DNA of 64,000 nucleotides from a virus (Duplodnaviria; Caudoviricetes): IMG/VR virus record IMGVR_UViG_3300037067_005096, positions 32,001 through 96,000 of that record. One strand, written 5' to 3'. The notes under the pieces were generated by a model that was given only the letters and a program-made list of their open reading frames with translations, was not told the origin of the DNA and did not search any database. The position numbers and the translations under genes were made by a program. This document shows, piece by piece, positions 19,262 to 29,447 of this stretch. Positions within the stretch are counted from its first letter, which is position 1, and each line of letters opens with the position of its first letter.

Positions 19262-20869
19262 TTAGGCTGTTCTTTGTGCCTCCAACCATGCATCCTCGAA
19301 GTCTCCTGAACCTGACGTAGCGGCTGACCAAGCAAACCACAATGCCATTATCGTATCAGAAAACTCTCCTCCCGGATGAGTTCGGAGTTCTGTCATCAGT
19401 ATACTTATCATCGACGGGTCGTCAGGAGCCAACGGAAATCTGGCTGCCGGAATAGCAAACTTGGATTTCTCGAATGCTACTGCCATTCCAGGAAGACCGA
19501 CTTTCTCATCAGCCTTGTTTGACCCTGTTGTAAATGGTTCCAACGGCAAAGTCTTATCTCGCTCACCGATAGCATCTATAACAGCCTGCTGGTAGGCATT
19601 GTTTTCAACCTTACCGAGTCGCCAGTTATGTTTACGAGCTTGAGCTATAATCGCCTCAACAGTATCCGGGAAGGACATCCTCCGTCGATACATCTCCTTC
19701 AAATAGAAGCGATGGTCATGTGGATTCACAGCTATCGTCCAGATGACTGTCCAAGCGTTCTTACGCCCAAAAGCAGACGCCAGGTCTACCCCGCCATACG
19801 TTATCCATTCATCATCTACATCATCTCCTATGTCGGCTCTAGTCAGGTCAAAGCTGCGTTCCAAAGACTTCTCCGGGAATGTACGTTCCTCGTCCGACAT
19901 AGCATTCAAGAGATACTGTCGGGCAAAGACTCGCTCGCCAACTTCCCCTCGTTTGTCATCGAGCTTTGCTTCTGACCACTTATCTTCCCACAGGATGTGC
20001 TTCGTAACCACTTGTTGGCCGGTTTCCTCGTCAACAAGTGGATTACCCTCTTCATCATAGTGCCGCTCATAACGAATAGCAGGCACTATCCAGAGCTTGA
20101 ACCGACCGGTAGCCTTTATCACATGTGTGGCATCAGCTACGTGATACGGTGTGCAAATCCATACTATTGACCCAGTTGCAGAGACCAACGAGAACCAGGT
20201 TTCCTGTATCGCTTTGATGACCTGCTCTCTCATGGCCGGGTTGATAACCGAGTTCTTCAGGTCAACAACGTCGTCACAAATCAGCAAGTCGGCTCTTCCA
20301 CCGGCTCCGGCTGATAGAACACCGGCAGCATCTACAGAAGGGTCTCTCTGCTTGACATCACGCTTTACAAAGAAGTCTGTGGCCCTGTCTCCTTTTCGGA
20401 CATCAATCTCCAGGTTAGGAAATACCTCGTGTACACGTTCACTGTCTGAAACGAAGTCTCGAATAAGGCCCAAGATTTCTTTGGCTTTGTCGTCTGCTGC
20501 CGCAATAATCTTGATTCTGAGATTGGGGTTATGCCCCAGTTCCCAAATGACTCGTCCAACAATCTGGATGGTCTTACCGTGCCCTCTGGGAGCTATAATC
20601 ATCACACGGTCATTATCCGTGATAAGCGTTTGCCACTCTCTATGAAAATCTTGTTGTTCGACTGGCTCTCCAGTTTCTACGTCAACGAAAACATACTCGA
20701 TGAATGCGTTGACATCTTCCCAACAACACTTGATGAGCAATGGTTTGAAGACGACATCATACAGAGATTCCCATAAGTCATACTCACGTGCCAATGCCTC
20801 TCCTTCGTCAGGGTTGCGAAGGTAGAGGTTCACCAACTCTCCTATGATTTCGTCTTTCTCAGTGGTCAT
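19262..20869 (-). CDS. terL: terminase large subunit
   Basis: Walker A APRGHGKT, Walker B LLICDD, RNase H GGVDLA, ENNAYQ, DTIMA. Confidence 0.92.
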   Translation of the reverse strand: MTTEKDEIIGELVNLYLRNPDEGEALAREYDLWESLYDVVFKPLLIKCCWEDVNAFIEYVFVDVETGEPVEQQDFHREWQTLITDNDRVMIIAPRGHGKTIQIVGRVIWELGHNPNLRIKIIAAADDKAKEILGLIRDFVSDSERVHEVFPNLEIDVRKGDRATDFFVKRDVKQRDPSVDAAGVLSAGAGGRADLLICDDVVDLKNSVINPAMREQVIKAIQETWFSLVSATGSIVWICTPYHVADATHVIKATGRFKLWIVPAIRYERHYDEEGNPLVDEETGQQVVTKHILWEDKWSEAKLDDKRGEVGERVFARQYLLNAMSDEERTFPEKSLERSFDLTRADIGDDVDDEWITYGGVDLASAFGRKNAWTVIWTIAVNPHDHRFYLKEMYRRRMSFPDTVEAIIAQARKHNWRLGKVENNAYQQAVIDAIGERDKTLPLEPFTTGSNKADEKVGLPGMAVAFEKSKFAIPAARFPLAPDDPSMISILMTELRTHPGGEFSDTIMALWFAWSAATSGSGDFEDAWLEAQRTA

Positions 20870-21315
20870 AATGCTGTTCCCACGAGTATGCCTTCAAACC
20901 AGATGTACTCCGGCCATTCCCACTGTAGTTCGACAGCTTCAGTAGTAGCTAGACCATCTACAAACTCGGTCAGTTTAGCTTGGTCGATTGCCGGACTGAA
21001 ATTACGAGTTAGTAGTTTTCCTGGATTCTCGTGACAATACCCTATGTACTGTCGGGTTTCTACCAGGGTTTTCTCACTCCCCGCTGGAGTCAAGCCAACA
21101 GTCTCCCTGGTGAAATGAATCATCTTGTAGTGCTCAATCGGCAACAGCACCTCTTTGGCAGCTTCAACACGATTGATAGCTGTAAGCGTTGCCATACCTA
21201 TCCTTCGGTTTCGATAGTCATAGCCTTGCACCTGGTCACCAGGAACCAGGTCAGCGACCACATGTTTTCCTCGACATATTATCAGAGCCAAAGTAGGTAC
21301 GACTACATGTCTCAT
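20866..21315 (-). CDS. free-standing degenerate Hint-fold-like protein
   Basis: VADLVPGDQVQGYD near the N-terminus and VEL..EYIWFEGILV at the C-terminus resemble Hint blocks; catalytic C1, His and Asn are missing. Confidence 0.45.
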   Translation of the reverse strand: MRHVVVPTLALIICRGKHVVADLVPGDQVQGYDYRNRRIGMATLTAINRVEAAKEVLLPIEHYKMIHFTRETVGLTPAGSEKTLVETRQYIGYCHENPGKLLTRNFSPAIDQAKLTEFVDGLATTEAVELQWEWPEYIWFEGILVGTAL

Positions 21316-21899
21316 TTCAAACCCCACGCCCAGTCTGCGATGGTAGTGAAGAACCGGGCAATCACCGATTCCAATGATTCAAGGTCAGAATCATTGAGCA
21401 CGATAGTATCCCAGTCTGTAAAATCGTCTAGTGCCCGTTCAGACGCATGCCCATCTTCAGTGTCAATTCCACCTCGTTGCACCTGAATGACAATGCCTCC
21501 TAATTGCTTAACCATCTCCACCTCGTTTGGGAAGCGAATATCAGGTATAAGCACCATCTCACGGTCAGTGGTGCAGTTGGTTTGAATCCAAGCACGAAGA
21601 GTGTCTACCCAATAGGTATCACTGACCATTCCACGCTTGAACTCAGTGCCCCACCACTGGAGCAGTAGCCGATAGCGTTCTTTCACACCATCAGTATTCA
21701 TCTCAGTGAATATGTCTGCTGCCGATTTGGTGTTGCCTAACTGGTTGGCTACCATTGCTGCACACTCTTCTTTGAGAGCATCAGCCAATGCCCGGCGAGT
21801 GGCTTTGACTCCAGCAAGTTCGGCACAGCGTATAAGCATCTGTGCCACTGTGTCTTTTCCACTGCGCTTTTTTCCTGCAATTCCGATAACTAGCATCAA
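21312..21899 (-). CDS. deoxynucleoside monophosphate kinase (T4 gp1-like)
   Basis: IGIAGKKRSGKDT, ALADALK, RLLLQWWGTE, DIRFPNE, HASE. Confidence 0.9.
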   Translation of the reverse strand: MMLVIGIAGKKRSGKDTVAQMLIRCAELAGVKATRRALADALKEECAAMVANQLGNTKSAADIFTEMNTDGVKERYRLLLQWWGTEFKRGMVSDTYWVDTLRAWIQTNCTTDREMVLIPDIRFPNEVEMVKQLGGIVIQVQRGGIDTEDGHASERALDDFTDWDTIVLNDSDLESLESVIARFFTTIADWAWGLK

Positions 21900-24340
21900 T
21901 TACACCCCGCACTTCCACAGTCTGTGCAGACAAAGCAACCTTCCTCAAACCGGAGGGCTTTAGAACCACAACTAGCACAACGAACTGATGAGCGAGTTCC
22001 GTCCTTTATGTATCGCTTCAGCACCCGTGCAATGACTTTGGTATAGGTGAAGAAGTCGGCATTCTGCTCTTTGAGCAACTGGTCAACTATGTCCACCAAA
22101 GCAGTGCCATTACGTAGTGCCATTGAAATCAGACGGCTGACAGCAGAATAGTCATTGTTCTGGAACGCACTTCCCAGGTCTCGCACTACAATGTCTTCTC
22201 CACCGTCAAAGGCTTCTAGCTCATAACGATTCTTGCTGTGTTTGTTGACATGCTTAGTAATCCTGCCTTGACTGTATGATTTCGGTAGGTTGAGGTATTG
22301 CGCCTCCCCGCCGAATATCTCAAAAGGTTTGTCATCCTTGAAGCTCACCAGCACGATAAACTGCTGAGTGATTCCATGATGAGTAACCTCTACTTGCTGT
22401 ATTTCACAGGGCAAGACCTCCGGGCGTTCTGACCATTCCTGACGAGAGGTAATCAGAACACCGTCTCTTGAACCGGCCACATAGACAGTCAGCCCTTTCA
22501 GCCCGTTCTTATGAGCTTCCTCATAGAGCTTTTCAACGACCTCTACACCAGTTCCTTCCGGCAAGTTGATGGTGGAACTGATACCGTGGTCTATGTAAGA
22601 CTGAATAAGGCCCTGTATCTTGACCCGTTCTGTCCAGTCAATCTCTGATGCCGTGACAAAGCAATCAGGCAGACTATCAGCATCGGGATTCGCCTGCATA
22701 TAGTCTTTCACATTGTGATGATAAACCGTATGCTCTTCCCACTTGTCACTGGTAGCATCTACGAAATCGACTCGACCAGCATTTTCACTGGTCAACTTTC
22801 TCCGTCGAGTATACTGATTCGCAAACACCGGCTCTATACCGGATGATGTCTGGCTCATTATTGATACTGTACCCGTAGGAGCATTAGTCAACAGTGCTCC
22901 ATTTCTACGCCCCCAGATAGCGAGTGAATCATAGATGTCTTCCGGCAGATTGCGTAGGAATGGACATTCCTTCTCTCGCTCCCAGTCAAAATCTGGAAAC
23001 GGCCCCCGCTCGATAGCAAGTTGAATGCTGGCTCTGTATCCTTCGTTTCGGAGAGTTGCATATATCTCTCGTATGGTTTTCCGTGAATCCGGTGCATCAT
23101 AGCGTAGACCCAGGGCTGCCAGAGCATCTGCAAGGCCATGTGTGCCGAGTCCTGTACGCCTAGCTCCATAAGCAGCTTGCTTCATTCGAGCAAACAGAGT
23201 TCTCTCATCATCAGTATCCGACTTTGCGATGATTTTGTCAAGACACTCCATCTCCAGGTCTACCAGGTCATCGAGTAGCCGCATAGCGATATTTACGTGT
23301 GTCTTGAACGAATCCCAGTCGAACTCTGCATCAGGCGTGTGAGGATTGACCACAAACCCTTTGAGGTTCATAGAAGTCAGTCGGCAGGAGTCATAGGCAC
23401 TCAGTAAAATCTCAGAGCACGGATTCACACAAACCGACTTATATTGTGGGTAGTAGTCAAGCGGAAGATTGCGCCGGTAGTTATCAATGAAGATGATTCC
23501 TGGTTCTGCTGTGTCGGTCGCAGTCTGACATATAAGACGCCAAAGGTCACGAGCACGTATACGATGAATCTCGTACTTTGTGCCAGTCAATACCATCGGC
23601 AATTCAGCATCGACTGTGGGTTGGAATTGTAGATACCACCAGTCATCATTCCTGAGAGCATCCATGAACTTGTCTGTGACCATTACGCTGATGTTTGCGC
23701 CTGTCACTTTCGTTCTGTCCCGTTTCATCGTTACAAACTTCTCGATGTCCGGGTGACCGATATTCATGGTTATCATCAAAGCTCCACGGCGTCCTTGTTG
23801 TGCCGTGTGCCGTGATACATAGCTGTAGAACTCAGCAAATGACCAAGCTCCTGAAGAGGTCTTGGCCGAATTAGTAACCGGGGTTCCATCCGGGCGCAGA
23901 GTCGAGATGTCGAGTCCGGCTCCACAGCGTCGTTTGAACAAGTTTGCCAAGTCTCTTCCACGTTCATAGATAGATGAGATGGTGTCTTCCGGGCTATCAA
24001 TGGCTACGCAGTTAGATAGACTCACAATTGCGTATGGGTTTCCAATGCCATACATAGGAGACCCACCTGGAACTATGCGTCGAAAACCATCCAAGGCTGC
24101 TCTGATTTGTTCCAGAGACAACGAGAAGTTGGGTGGACACTCACTGTCATAGCTGCGTTCCACACGATGAAATTCCGCAGCTATACGGTCGTGCATATCA
24201 TTTGGACTCAGTTCGTAGTATGCTGTGTCGTCGTGCAAAGCATACTTGTCTACGAACGTTTTTGCAGCCAGGTCATCTCCATCGAAGTAGTCAAGGCTGG
24301 CTTGTAGTGCTTCCTGTTCAGTGTACTTTTCCATTAGCAA
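21896..24340 (-). CDS. nrdJ: ribonucleotide reductase class II (B12-dependent)
   Basis: SLSNC, QQGRRGA, NPCSE, RRTGLG, APTGT..SSGIEP, ISSTINLP, C-terminal CxxC..CxxC. Confidence 0.9.
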   Translation of the reverse strand: MLMEKYTEQEALQASLDYFDGDDLAAKTFVDKYALHDDTAYYELSPNDMHDRIAAEFHRVERSYDSECPPNFSLSLEQIRAALDGFRRIVPGGSPMYGIGNPYAIVSLSNCVAIDSPEDTISSIYERGRDLANLFKRRCGAGLDISTLRPDGTPVTNSAKTSSGAWSFAEFYSYVSRHTAQQGRRGALMITMNIGHPDIEKFVTMKRDRTKVTGANISVMVTDKFMDALRNDDWWYLQFQPTVDAELPMVLTGTKYEIHRIRARDLWRLICQTATDTAEPGIIFIDNYRRNLPLDYYPQYKSVCVNPCSEILLSAYDSCRLTSMNLKGFVVNPHTPDAEFDWDSFKTHVNIAMRLLDDLVDLEMECLDKIIAKSDTDDERTLFARMKQAAYGARRTGLGTHGLADALAALGLRYDAPDSRKTIREIYATLRNEGYRASIQLAIERGPFPDFDWEREKECPFLRNLPEDIYDSLAIWGRRNGALLTNAPTGTVSIMSQTSSGIEPVFANQYTRRRKLTSENAGRVDFVDATSDKWEEHTVYHHNVKDYMQANPDADSLPDCFVTASEIDWTERVKIQGLIQSYIDHGISSTINLPEGTGVEVVEKLYEEAHKNGLKGLTVYVAGSRDGVLITSRQEWSERPEVLPCEIQQVEVTHHGITQQFIVLVSFKDDKPFEIFGGEAQYLNLPKSYSQGRITKHVNKHSKNRYELEAFDGGEDIVVRDLGSAFQNNDYSAVSRLISMALRNGTALVDIVDQLLKEQNADFFTYTKVIARVLKRYIKDGTRSSVRCASCGSKALRFEEGCFVCTDCGSAGCN

Positions 24341-25203
24341 TCCTCGAAGTCGTCAATACTGTCACTGAAGTCAACCTTGCTGGTATCGCTGGTACGAACA
24401 TTCCAGATAGCAGGCTGGCACAGTTCTTTGTGGTTACAGCGTGTGCATTCCTTATCGGATGGGCGAGCCGGGAAATATCCAGCCTGCACACAAGCCGCAA
24501 TTTGTGCTATCTGCTCCTCATACCAGTCAGACTCCCACTGGGGAATCACATCAATATCTATCTCCTGAATGAGCGGTGTCGGGAACAGACGGATTATCTG
24601 GTAAGAGAAACCCGTGTAAGTCCAGTTCTTGAACTTCTTAGCCAGATAGTCAAGTGCAGCCCACTGATAGATAATGGGCTGGCAACCGTACTTAGCACGA
24701 GGTTCTGCCCATTTATCATAACTGAATTTGTGGTCGATGACCCGTCCATCTGCTTGTACAAGGTCAATTCTGCCAGTGAGTTTGACACCACCACGCACTA
24801 TCTCGAAGTCCTGTTCCACCGCGACAGGGATATGCTTCGGATACATCTCAGCATAATAGTAGCGCACGGCATCTATGACCTTGTAGATTTCCGACTCTGA
24901 CAGATTTTCAGCTTTCGCTGCTCGAATGGCTGCCCTGTCCGCTCGTTCTGGAGAGATAAGTTCTCCATCATGCTGAAGTTTGTAAGACAGCATAAAATCG
25001 AGTGTGGAGTGATAGGCTTGACCTCTTCTCATAGGTACTCCACCCGGTTTCCGAATGCCGTCAATGTAGCTGTATTTGTATTGACGTGGACATCCCTGGA
25101 AGCACGACACACGAGAATAGCCGAGATGAAAGTCTCCGCTTTTAGTATGTATTGTTACTCCAGGTTCCGCCGTCGTTGATGGTTTGGATGATGTCTTTGA
25201 CAC
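24334..25203 (-). CDS. Cas4/AddB-like PD-(D/E)XK exonuclease with Fe-S cysteines
   Basis: SCFQGCPRQY, GRIDLV..IDHK, ECTRCNHKELC; start uncertain. Confidence 0.8.
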   Translation of the reverse strand: MSKTSSKPSTTAEPGVTIHTKSGDFHLGYSRVSCFQGCPRQYKYSYIDGIRKPGGVPMRRGQAYHSTLDFMLSYKLQHDGELISPERADRAAIRAAKAENLSESEIYKVIDAVRYYYAEMYPKHIPVAVEQDFEIVRGGVKLTGRIDLVQADGRVIDHKFSYDKWAEPRAKYGCQPIIYQWAALDYLAKKFKNWTYTGFSYQIIRLFPTPLIQEIDIDVIPQWESDWYEEQIAQIAACVQAGYFPARPSDKECTRCNHKELCQPAIWNVRTSDTSKVDFSDSIDDFEDC

Positions 25204-25447
25204 GTTGTAAGCTCCTCACTCCCTCACCAATTCCGCCAGCTTTCTGAATACGTCTCAGATGTTTACGCTGACCAGATGATAAATTACCATCGGCATCTTT
25301 CACCTCGATACCAATGAATCTGCCTCTATAGCACACCAGAACATCTGGCACATTAGACTGGTATTCGTTGCCGTGGATATTGACAGCATACGCTCCCTGT
25401 TTTGTCAGATACTCCAGTATCTTTCGTTGTATGTAGCCTTCACTCAT
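25142..25447 (-). CDS. VRR-NUC / Holliday junction resolvase-like nuclease
   Basis: MSEGYIQRKI, VPDVLVCYRGRFIGIEVK, LSSGQ. Confidence 0.85.
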   Translation of the reverse strand: MSEGYIQRKILEYLTKQGAYAVNIHGNEYQSNVPDVLVCYRGRFIGIEVKDADGNLSSGQRKHLRRIQKAGGIGEGVRSLQRVKDIIQTINDGGTWSNNTY

Positions 25448-28020
25448 GCTGCTATCTTCAAATCAACGGCTTCTCCCAATGACGGGCCTGCTTTGGCTTC
25501 AGCACAAATAGGAACATTTAGCTGAATATCCAACTCATCCAGTATTCGAGGATGACTCATTATCTTGAGCACTTTCTTGGCAACCTTTTCAAGAGACTCA
25601 TTGCGCACCTCGAACAAGATAGAGTCATGCACCTCACCAAACATATATCCGTCTTCTGGGTCTAGCCAGTTATGGATTTCGATTATGCTCATCAGCTTGA
25701 GGTCAGATGCAAACCCTTGTACAGGAGTGTTGATAGCCATTCTGACCGCTTCTGAATACTTCGCTTTCGCTTCTCTACTGGAATCCGAGTCAAGTCTGAT
25801 GTTGGGCAGATGTCTTCGGCGTCCAGATAGGCTCTCTACGTAACCAAGCCTCTGTGCCTCTCGTTCTTGTTTGCCATACCACGGTTCCAAACCTACGTGG
25901 TCAGCGAAGAATCCAGCACGAGTCTTGTTGCATTCCGCCATCGACAAGTCCAAATCATAATCAGTAAGAGCGTATGTCTTGTACTTGGCAGCTTGCATTC
26001 CATAAATGAATCCGAAGTTTGCAGCCTTCGCCTTCTTACGTTTGTCTTTCTGCTCATCAGGAGAGAGTTGTGCCCACTCCTCTGGGGTCATGTGCATAAT
26101 GCGCATAGCCCTGATGGTGTGAATGTCTTGACCCTCCTGATAGGCTTTCAGCAACAATGGGTCTTTTGACAGTTCACCGGCGATACGAAGCTCTATCTGG
26201 CTGAAGTCCACCTCCATGATACTCCAACCCTCACGTGCTCGAATGCAGTGACGCACACTGAGCTTCTTCGGCCCGTATTTGGTGTATGGTAGATTCTGCA
26301 GATTCATTCCATTGTCTCTGCTCTTAGCTGCTGTCTTCCGTTCATTCTCTTTGCCGGATGCCGTTCTACCGGTTACCGTGCCTGTGAGTCTATACGATGT
26401 AGTGATTCTCCCACGAGTTTCTGCTGCTATCAGCATCGGCTCAATGTATGTAGAGAGCATCTTCGCCAATCCACGCCACTCTAACAGCTTACTGATGAAT
26501 GGTTTGCCCTTCAAATGCAAGAGAGCATCACTGCCAGTTGATAGACTTCCAGTCTTCGTCCGAGACAAACGTCTATCAGGATTGACCGGGTACTTCAAGC
26601 GGGTGAAGATGATGTCTCCAAGCTGCTTAGGGCTGGCAAAGGCTTTGGATGTAACCTCTATACCATGTTCATTAAGAATATCATGAAGGTCTGCTTCGAC
26701 CTTTTTAAGCTCGGAAGTGACTATCTTACGAAGCTCTAAGCACGTGTCTCGGTCAACCGGCCAACCCTGCAATTCCATCTCAGTGAAAATGCTGTCCATC
26801 GGTCGAATGACTCGTGTGTAGAGCTTCCGAATCCGCTTCTTGTCAGAAGTCTTCAATGCCTTGATATACTTCTGTGCCAGTAGTAACGATGCCACAGTAT
26901 CCCTGGCCGCATAAGGAATCAACACATCAAGGTCTTTGGTGAGCTTATCAGAGATGTCATACGTAGGATACCCCAACTCTGAAGTGATAAGCTGTTTGAG
27001 TTTCAGCGACCGGTTCTCATCGAGGTTGTGTGCTACATGTAGAGTATCCATGTAGACGTTTGGAGCTTCAATCGGTTTACCAAACTCTCGTTTACCCCAC
27101 TCGTACAACCACAGCCGGTCAAACTTGCCGTTGTGCCAAATGCACGCAGACTCCGCCAGGATTTCTCGGACTATTTCTACAGCTTCTTCCAGAGATTCTT
27201 CACCCTGCCAAAAGCTGCAACCATTCTTCTTGCTCGTGTAGTAGCAGTCGTCTTCAATCCCCAAAGGAACAAACACACCGCCGAAATCTGTGTCCCAACA
27301 GAACTGTATCGAACGAACGTGCTTGCCCGGAGTATAGGGGTTAAGACCTTGTGTTTCAATGTCAGCAGCAACAACTCCTCCGGCATCACGCTGGATTCTC
27401 TTCTGTATTGCTCGTAGCGAGCGGAGGGTATCTGCCACATATATAGGTGGGTTGAATTCCAACGTCTCAGACTGCCCGCTAATCCACTCCACAAAACGAC
27501 GCAGATTCGCCCATATCTGGTCTTTGACTTGCTGATTATAAAGACCTTGCAACCAGTGATTAGTCGGGTAGATATAAGCCTGCAGAGTCTCGTCATAGTA
27601 GCGATTACCCATCTTCTCAAGCGGGCACTTCCTGTGCGTAACGCCATAGTGAGCATTGCTACCAAACGTGATGATATGCTTAGGCTTGAGTCTCGCCAAC
27701 TCTTTAGACAGATATTCACCTGCACAGACCTTTACCTGCTTTGCATCGGGCTTGACATCCTTCGAGGGTCGGGAACATTTGAGAGCATAAGTGCAGTAGG
27801 CATTGATACCGTTCTGCTCGAAGAAAGAGCGTATCTCTGTCAGCCCCTTGCCAGAGTATATGCGCCCATAAATGTCATCTTGCATCGGAGGTTGTTCAAC
27901 TACCAGCACCACATCACAATTCTCAGGAATGTTCTCCACAGAGGGCATTAGGCACGGATTCTTTGGTGGTTTGGCATTGTCAACTCCGAATAAGCACAGA
28001 TTACATTTTGGATTACGCAT
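25444..28020 (-). CDS. polA: DNA polymerase family A with N-terminal family-4 UDG-like domain
   Basis: UDG-like CNLC..C..EQP..KCSRP..C..HW; exo DIET/HNGKFD/YAARD; pol DFSQIELR, RKKAKAANFGFIYG, VHDSI. Confidence 0.92.
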   Translation of the reverse strand: MRNPKCNLCLFGVDNAKPPKNPCLMPSVENIPENCDVVLVVEQPPMQDDIYGRIYSGKGLTEIRSFFEQNGINAYCTYALKCSRPSKDVKPDAKQVKVCAGEYLSKELARLKPKHIITFGSNAHYGVTHRKCPLEKMGNRYYDETLQAYIYPTNHWLQGLYNQQVKDQIWANLRRFVEWISGQSETLEFNPPIYVADTLRSLRAIQKRIQRDAGGVVAADIETQGLNPYTPGKHVRSIQFCWDTDFGGVFVPLGIEDDCYYTSKKNGCSFWQGEESLEEAVEIVREILAESACIWHNGKFDRLWLYEWGKREFGKPIEAPNVYMDTLHVAHNLDENRSLKLKQLITSELGYPTYDISDKLTKDLDVLIPYAARDTVASLLLAQKYIKALKTSDKKRIRKLYTRVIRPMDSIFTEMELQGWPVDRDTCLELRKIVTSELKKVEADLHDILNEHGIEVTSKAFASPKQLGDIIFTRLKYPVNPDRRLSRTKTGSLSTGSDALLHLKGKPFISKLLEWRGLAKMLSTYIEPMLIAAETRGRITTSYRLTGTVTGRTASGKENERKTAAKSRDNGMNLQNLPYTKYGPKKLSVRHCIRAREGWSIMEVDFSQIELRIAGELSKDPLLLKAYQEGQDIHTIRAMRIMHMTPEEWAQLSPDEQKDKRKKAKAANFGFIYGMQAAKYKTYALTDYDLDLSMAECNKTRAGFFADHVGLEPWYGKQEREAQRLGYVESLSGRRRHLPNIRLDSDSSREAKAKYSEAVRMAINTPVQGFASDLKLMSIIEIHNWLDPEDGYMFGEVHDSILFEVRNESLEKVAKKVLKIMSHPRILDELDIQLNVPICAEAKAGPSLGEAVDLKIAA

Positions 28021-28104
28021 AAGGAAACCGCCTTGTTGAGAATAGCGACCCGGAGAGGGAGGAAGCCGCTCTCCGGGTCTTTGTGTCCGGGGCCTACAGG
28101 AGGA

Positions 28105-29094
28105 CTATTCCTCGTCCTCATCCACAGACTTCTTCTTGCCCTTCTTGCCCACGCTGGACAAGTCATCGTCGTCTTCATCTTCATCGAGGTCGGGGTAACC
28201 GGCTCGACCCTTAGACTTCGGCTTGTCTTCGTCCTCATCGTCGTCATCATCCGTTGACTTCTTTGAGGTCTTCTTGGCGGGTTTCTCGTCCTCATCGTCG
28301 TCATCATCCGTTGACTTCTTTGAGGTCTTCTTGGCGGGTTTCTCGTCCTCATCGTCGTCATCATCCGTTGACTTCTTTGAGGTCTTCTTTCCGCCCTTGA
28401 CCGGGGCCGCAGGAGTGTCGTCGTCATCATCGTCCTCGACGGCTGCTCGCTGCCTCTTCGGGATGTCCTCTTCGTCGATGTCGTCGTCATCCTTGCACTT
28501 GTCCACCGACAGGACTTTCTCCTCGTACTTATCGAGTTCGGCGTTGTCCTCGTACTCCTTGACGCGAGCCAGAACCAGTTCTCGAAGAACCTGGATATGG
28601 GCGAGTTCATCTTCGGTCAGCGTGCGGGCAATAGCAAACTTGGGTTTCGACCAGGTATACTGCTTGCCCTTTATCTGTTCCGCCGTGAATTCGCACAGCA
28701 CCTCGTAGTAGTTCTTGTCGTTCTGGTAGACTTCCTTAGCGAAGTACTTCCAGTTGCGCAAGGCTGTCGGAGAGACATACATCAACTCCGGCATGTACTT
28801 GCCGACACGGACAATATAGAGTGCCCGCTTCTCTTTCGGTTCGTTTCCGGCTTCCCGGTCTTCATCCGACTGGTAGAAGTTCTTCTTGGCAACGAGAACT
28901 ACACCATAGAACGTTTTTTCGATTTCGACGTTATCCGGCTCATCTCGTGTCGGTGCGGGAAGCTCGAAACGAGGCTTCTTGCCATCCATCTTGATTCGGC
29001 CAAACCGCCAGTCTTCGTCGTCCTGTAGGACTTCACGAATCTGCTCCAGTTTGGTCTGAGACGGCAGCCTCAGTTTCAGGGTGTCATCGCTCAT
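28105..29094 (-). CDS. putative ssDNA-binding/recombination protein with acidic repeat tail
   Basis: Position upstream of polA; long D/E/K-rich C-terminus. Confidence 0.5.
   Translation of the reverse strand: MSDDTLKLRLPSQTKLEQIREVLQDDEDWRFGRIKMDGKKPRFELPAPTRDEPDNVEIEKTFYGVVLVAKKNFYQSDEDREAGNEPKEKRALYIVRVGKYMPELMYVSPTALRNWKYFAKEVYQNDKNYYEVLCEFTAEQIKGKQYTWSKPKFAIARTLTEDELAHIQVLRELVLARVKEYEDNAELDKYEEKVLSVDKCKDDDDIDEEDIPKRQRAAVEDDDDDDTPAAPVKGGKKTSKKSTDDDDDEDEKPAKKTSKKSTDDDDDEDEKPAKKTSKKSTDDDDDEDEDKPKSKGRAGYPDLDEDEDDDDLSSVGKKGKKKSVDEDEE
28229..28389. repeat. 57-bp exact tandem repeat, about 2.8 copies, encoding KKTSKKSTDDDDDEDEKPA
   Basis: Units start at 28229, 28286 and 28343. Confidence 0.9.
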
Positions 29095-29153
29095 AGTTCA
29101 TTGCCTCCTTTGTAGGTTGTCCCGATGACTAACTTGGTGTTTCGTCCACCATC

Positions 29154-29200
29154 AGTATAACATGTGGCAACTCTGACTGTACCCTAGTAATTCTACCAGG
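29154..29200 (-). promoter_or_regulatory. palindrome plus -10 promoter for the SSB-like/polA operon
   Basis: CCTGGTA-GAAT-TACTAGG-N23-TATACT. Confidence 0.7.
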
Positions 29201-29447
29201 TTTTCAGGATTGCCTTTGAGTCCAACAGAATGGACTTCACGCGAAAACTTGTCCAACGAGATTCCCCGTAGGCAAACATTCGCTTCGGGTCTTTAGGGTA
29301 GAACCACTCAGGGTCTACCATCAATACGGTGTCGTTATGGACGCATTTTACCCTCCCGTCACCATAGTACTTGCCCCGGCACTCGAACTCTTCACCGGTT
29401 GCATAGTCTATGATAGTCACGACTGCCGGACACATAGTTACTGTCAT
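29193..29447 (-). CDS. hypothetical protein
   Basis: ATGA-coupled to the helicase stop. Confidence 0.55.
   Translation of the reverse strand: MTVTMCPAVVTIIDYATGEEFECRGKYYGDGRVKCVHNDTVLMVDPEWFYPKDPKRMFAYGESRWTSFRVKSILLDSKAILKTW

Noticed and set aside
28229-28389. Tandem repeat as a CRISPR array
   Set aside because: No unique spacers; it is an in-frame coding repeat.
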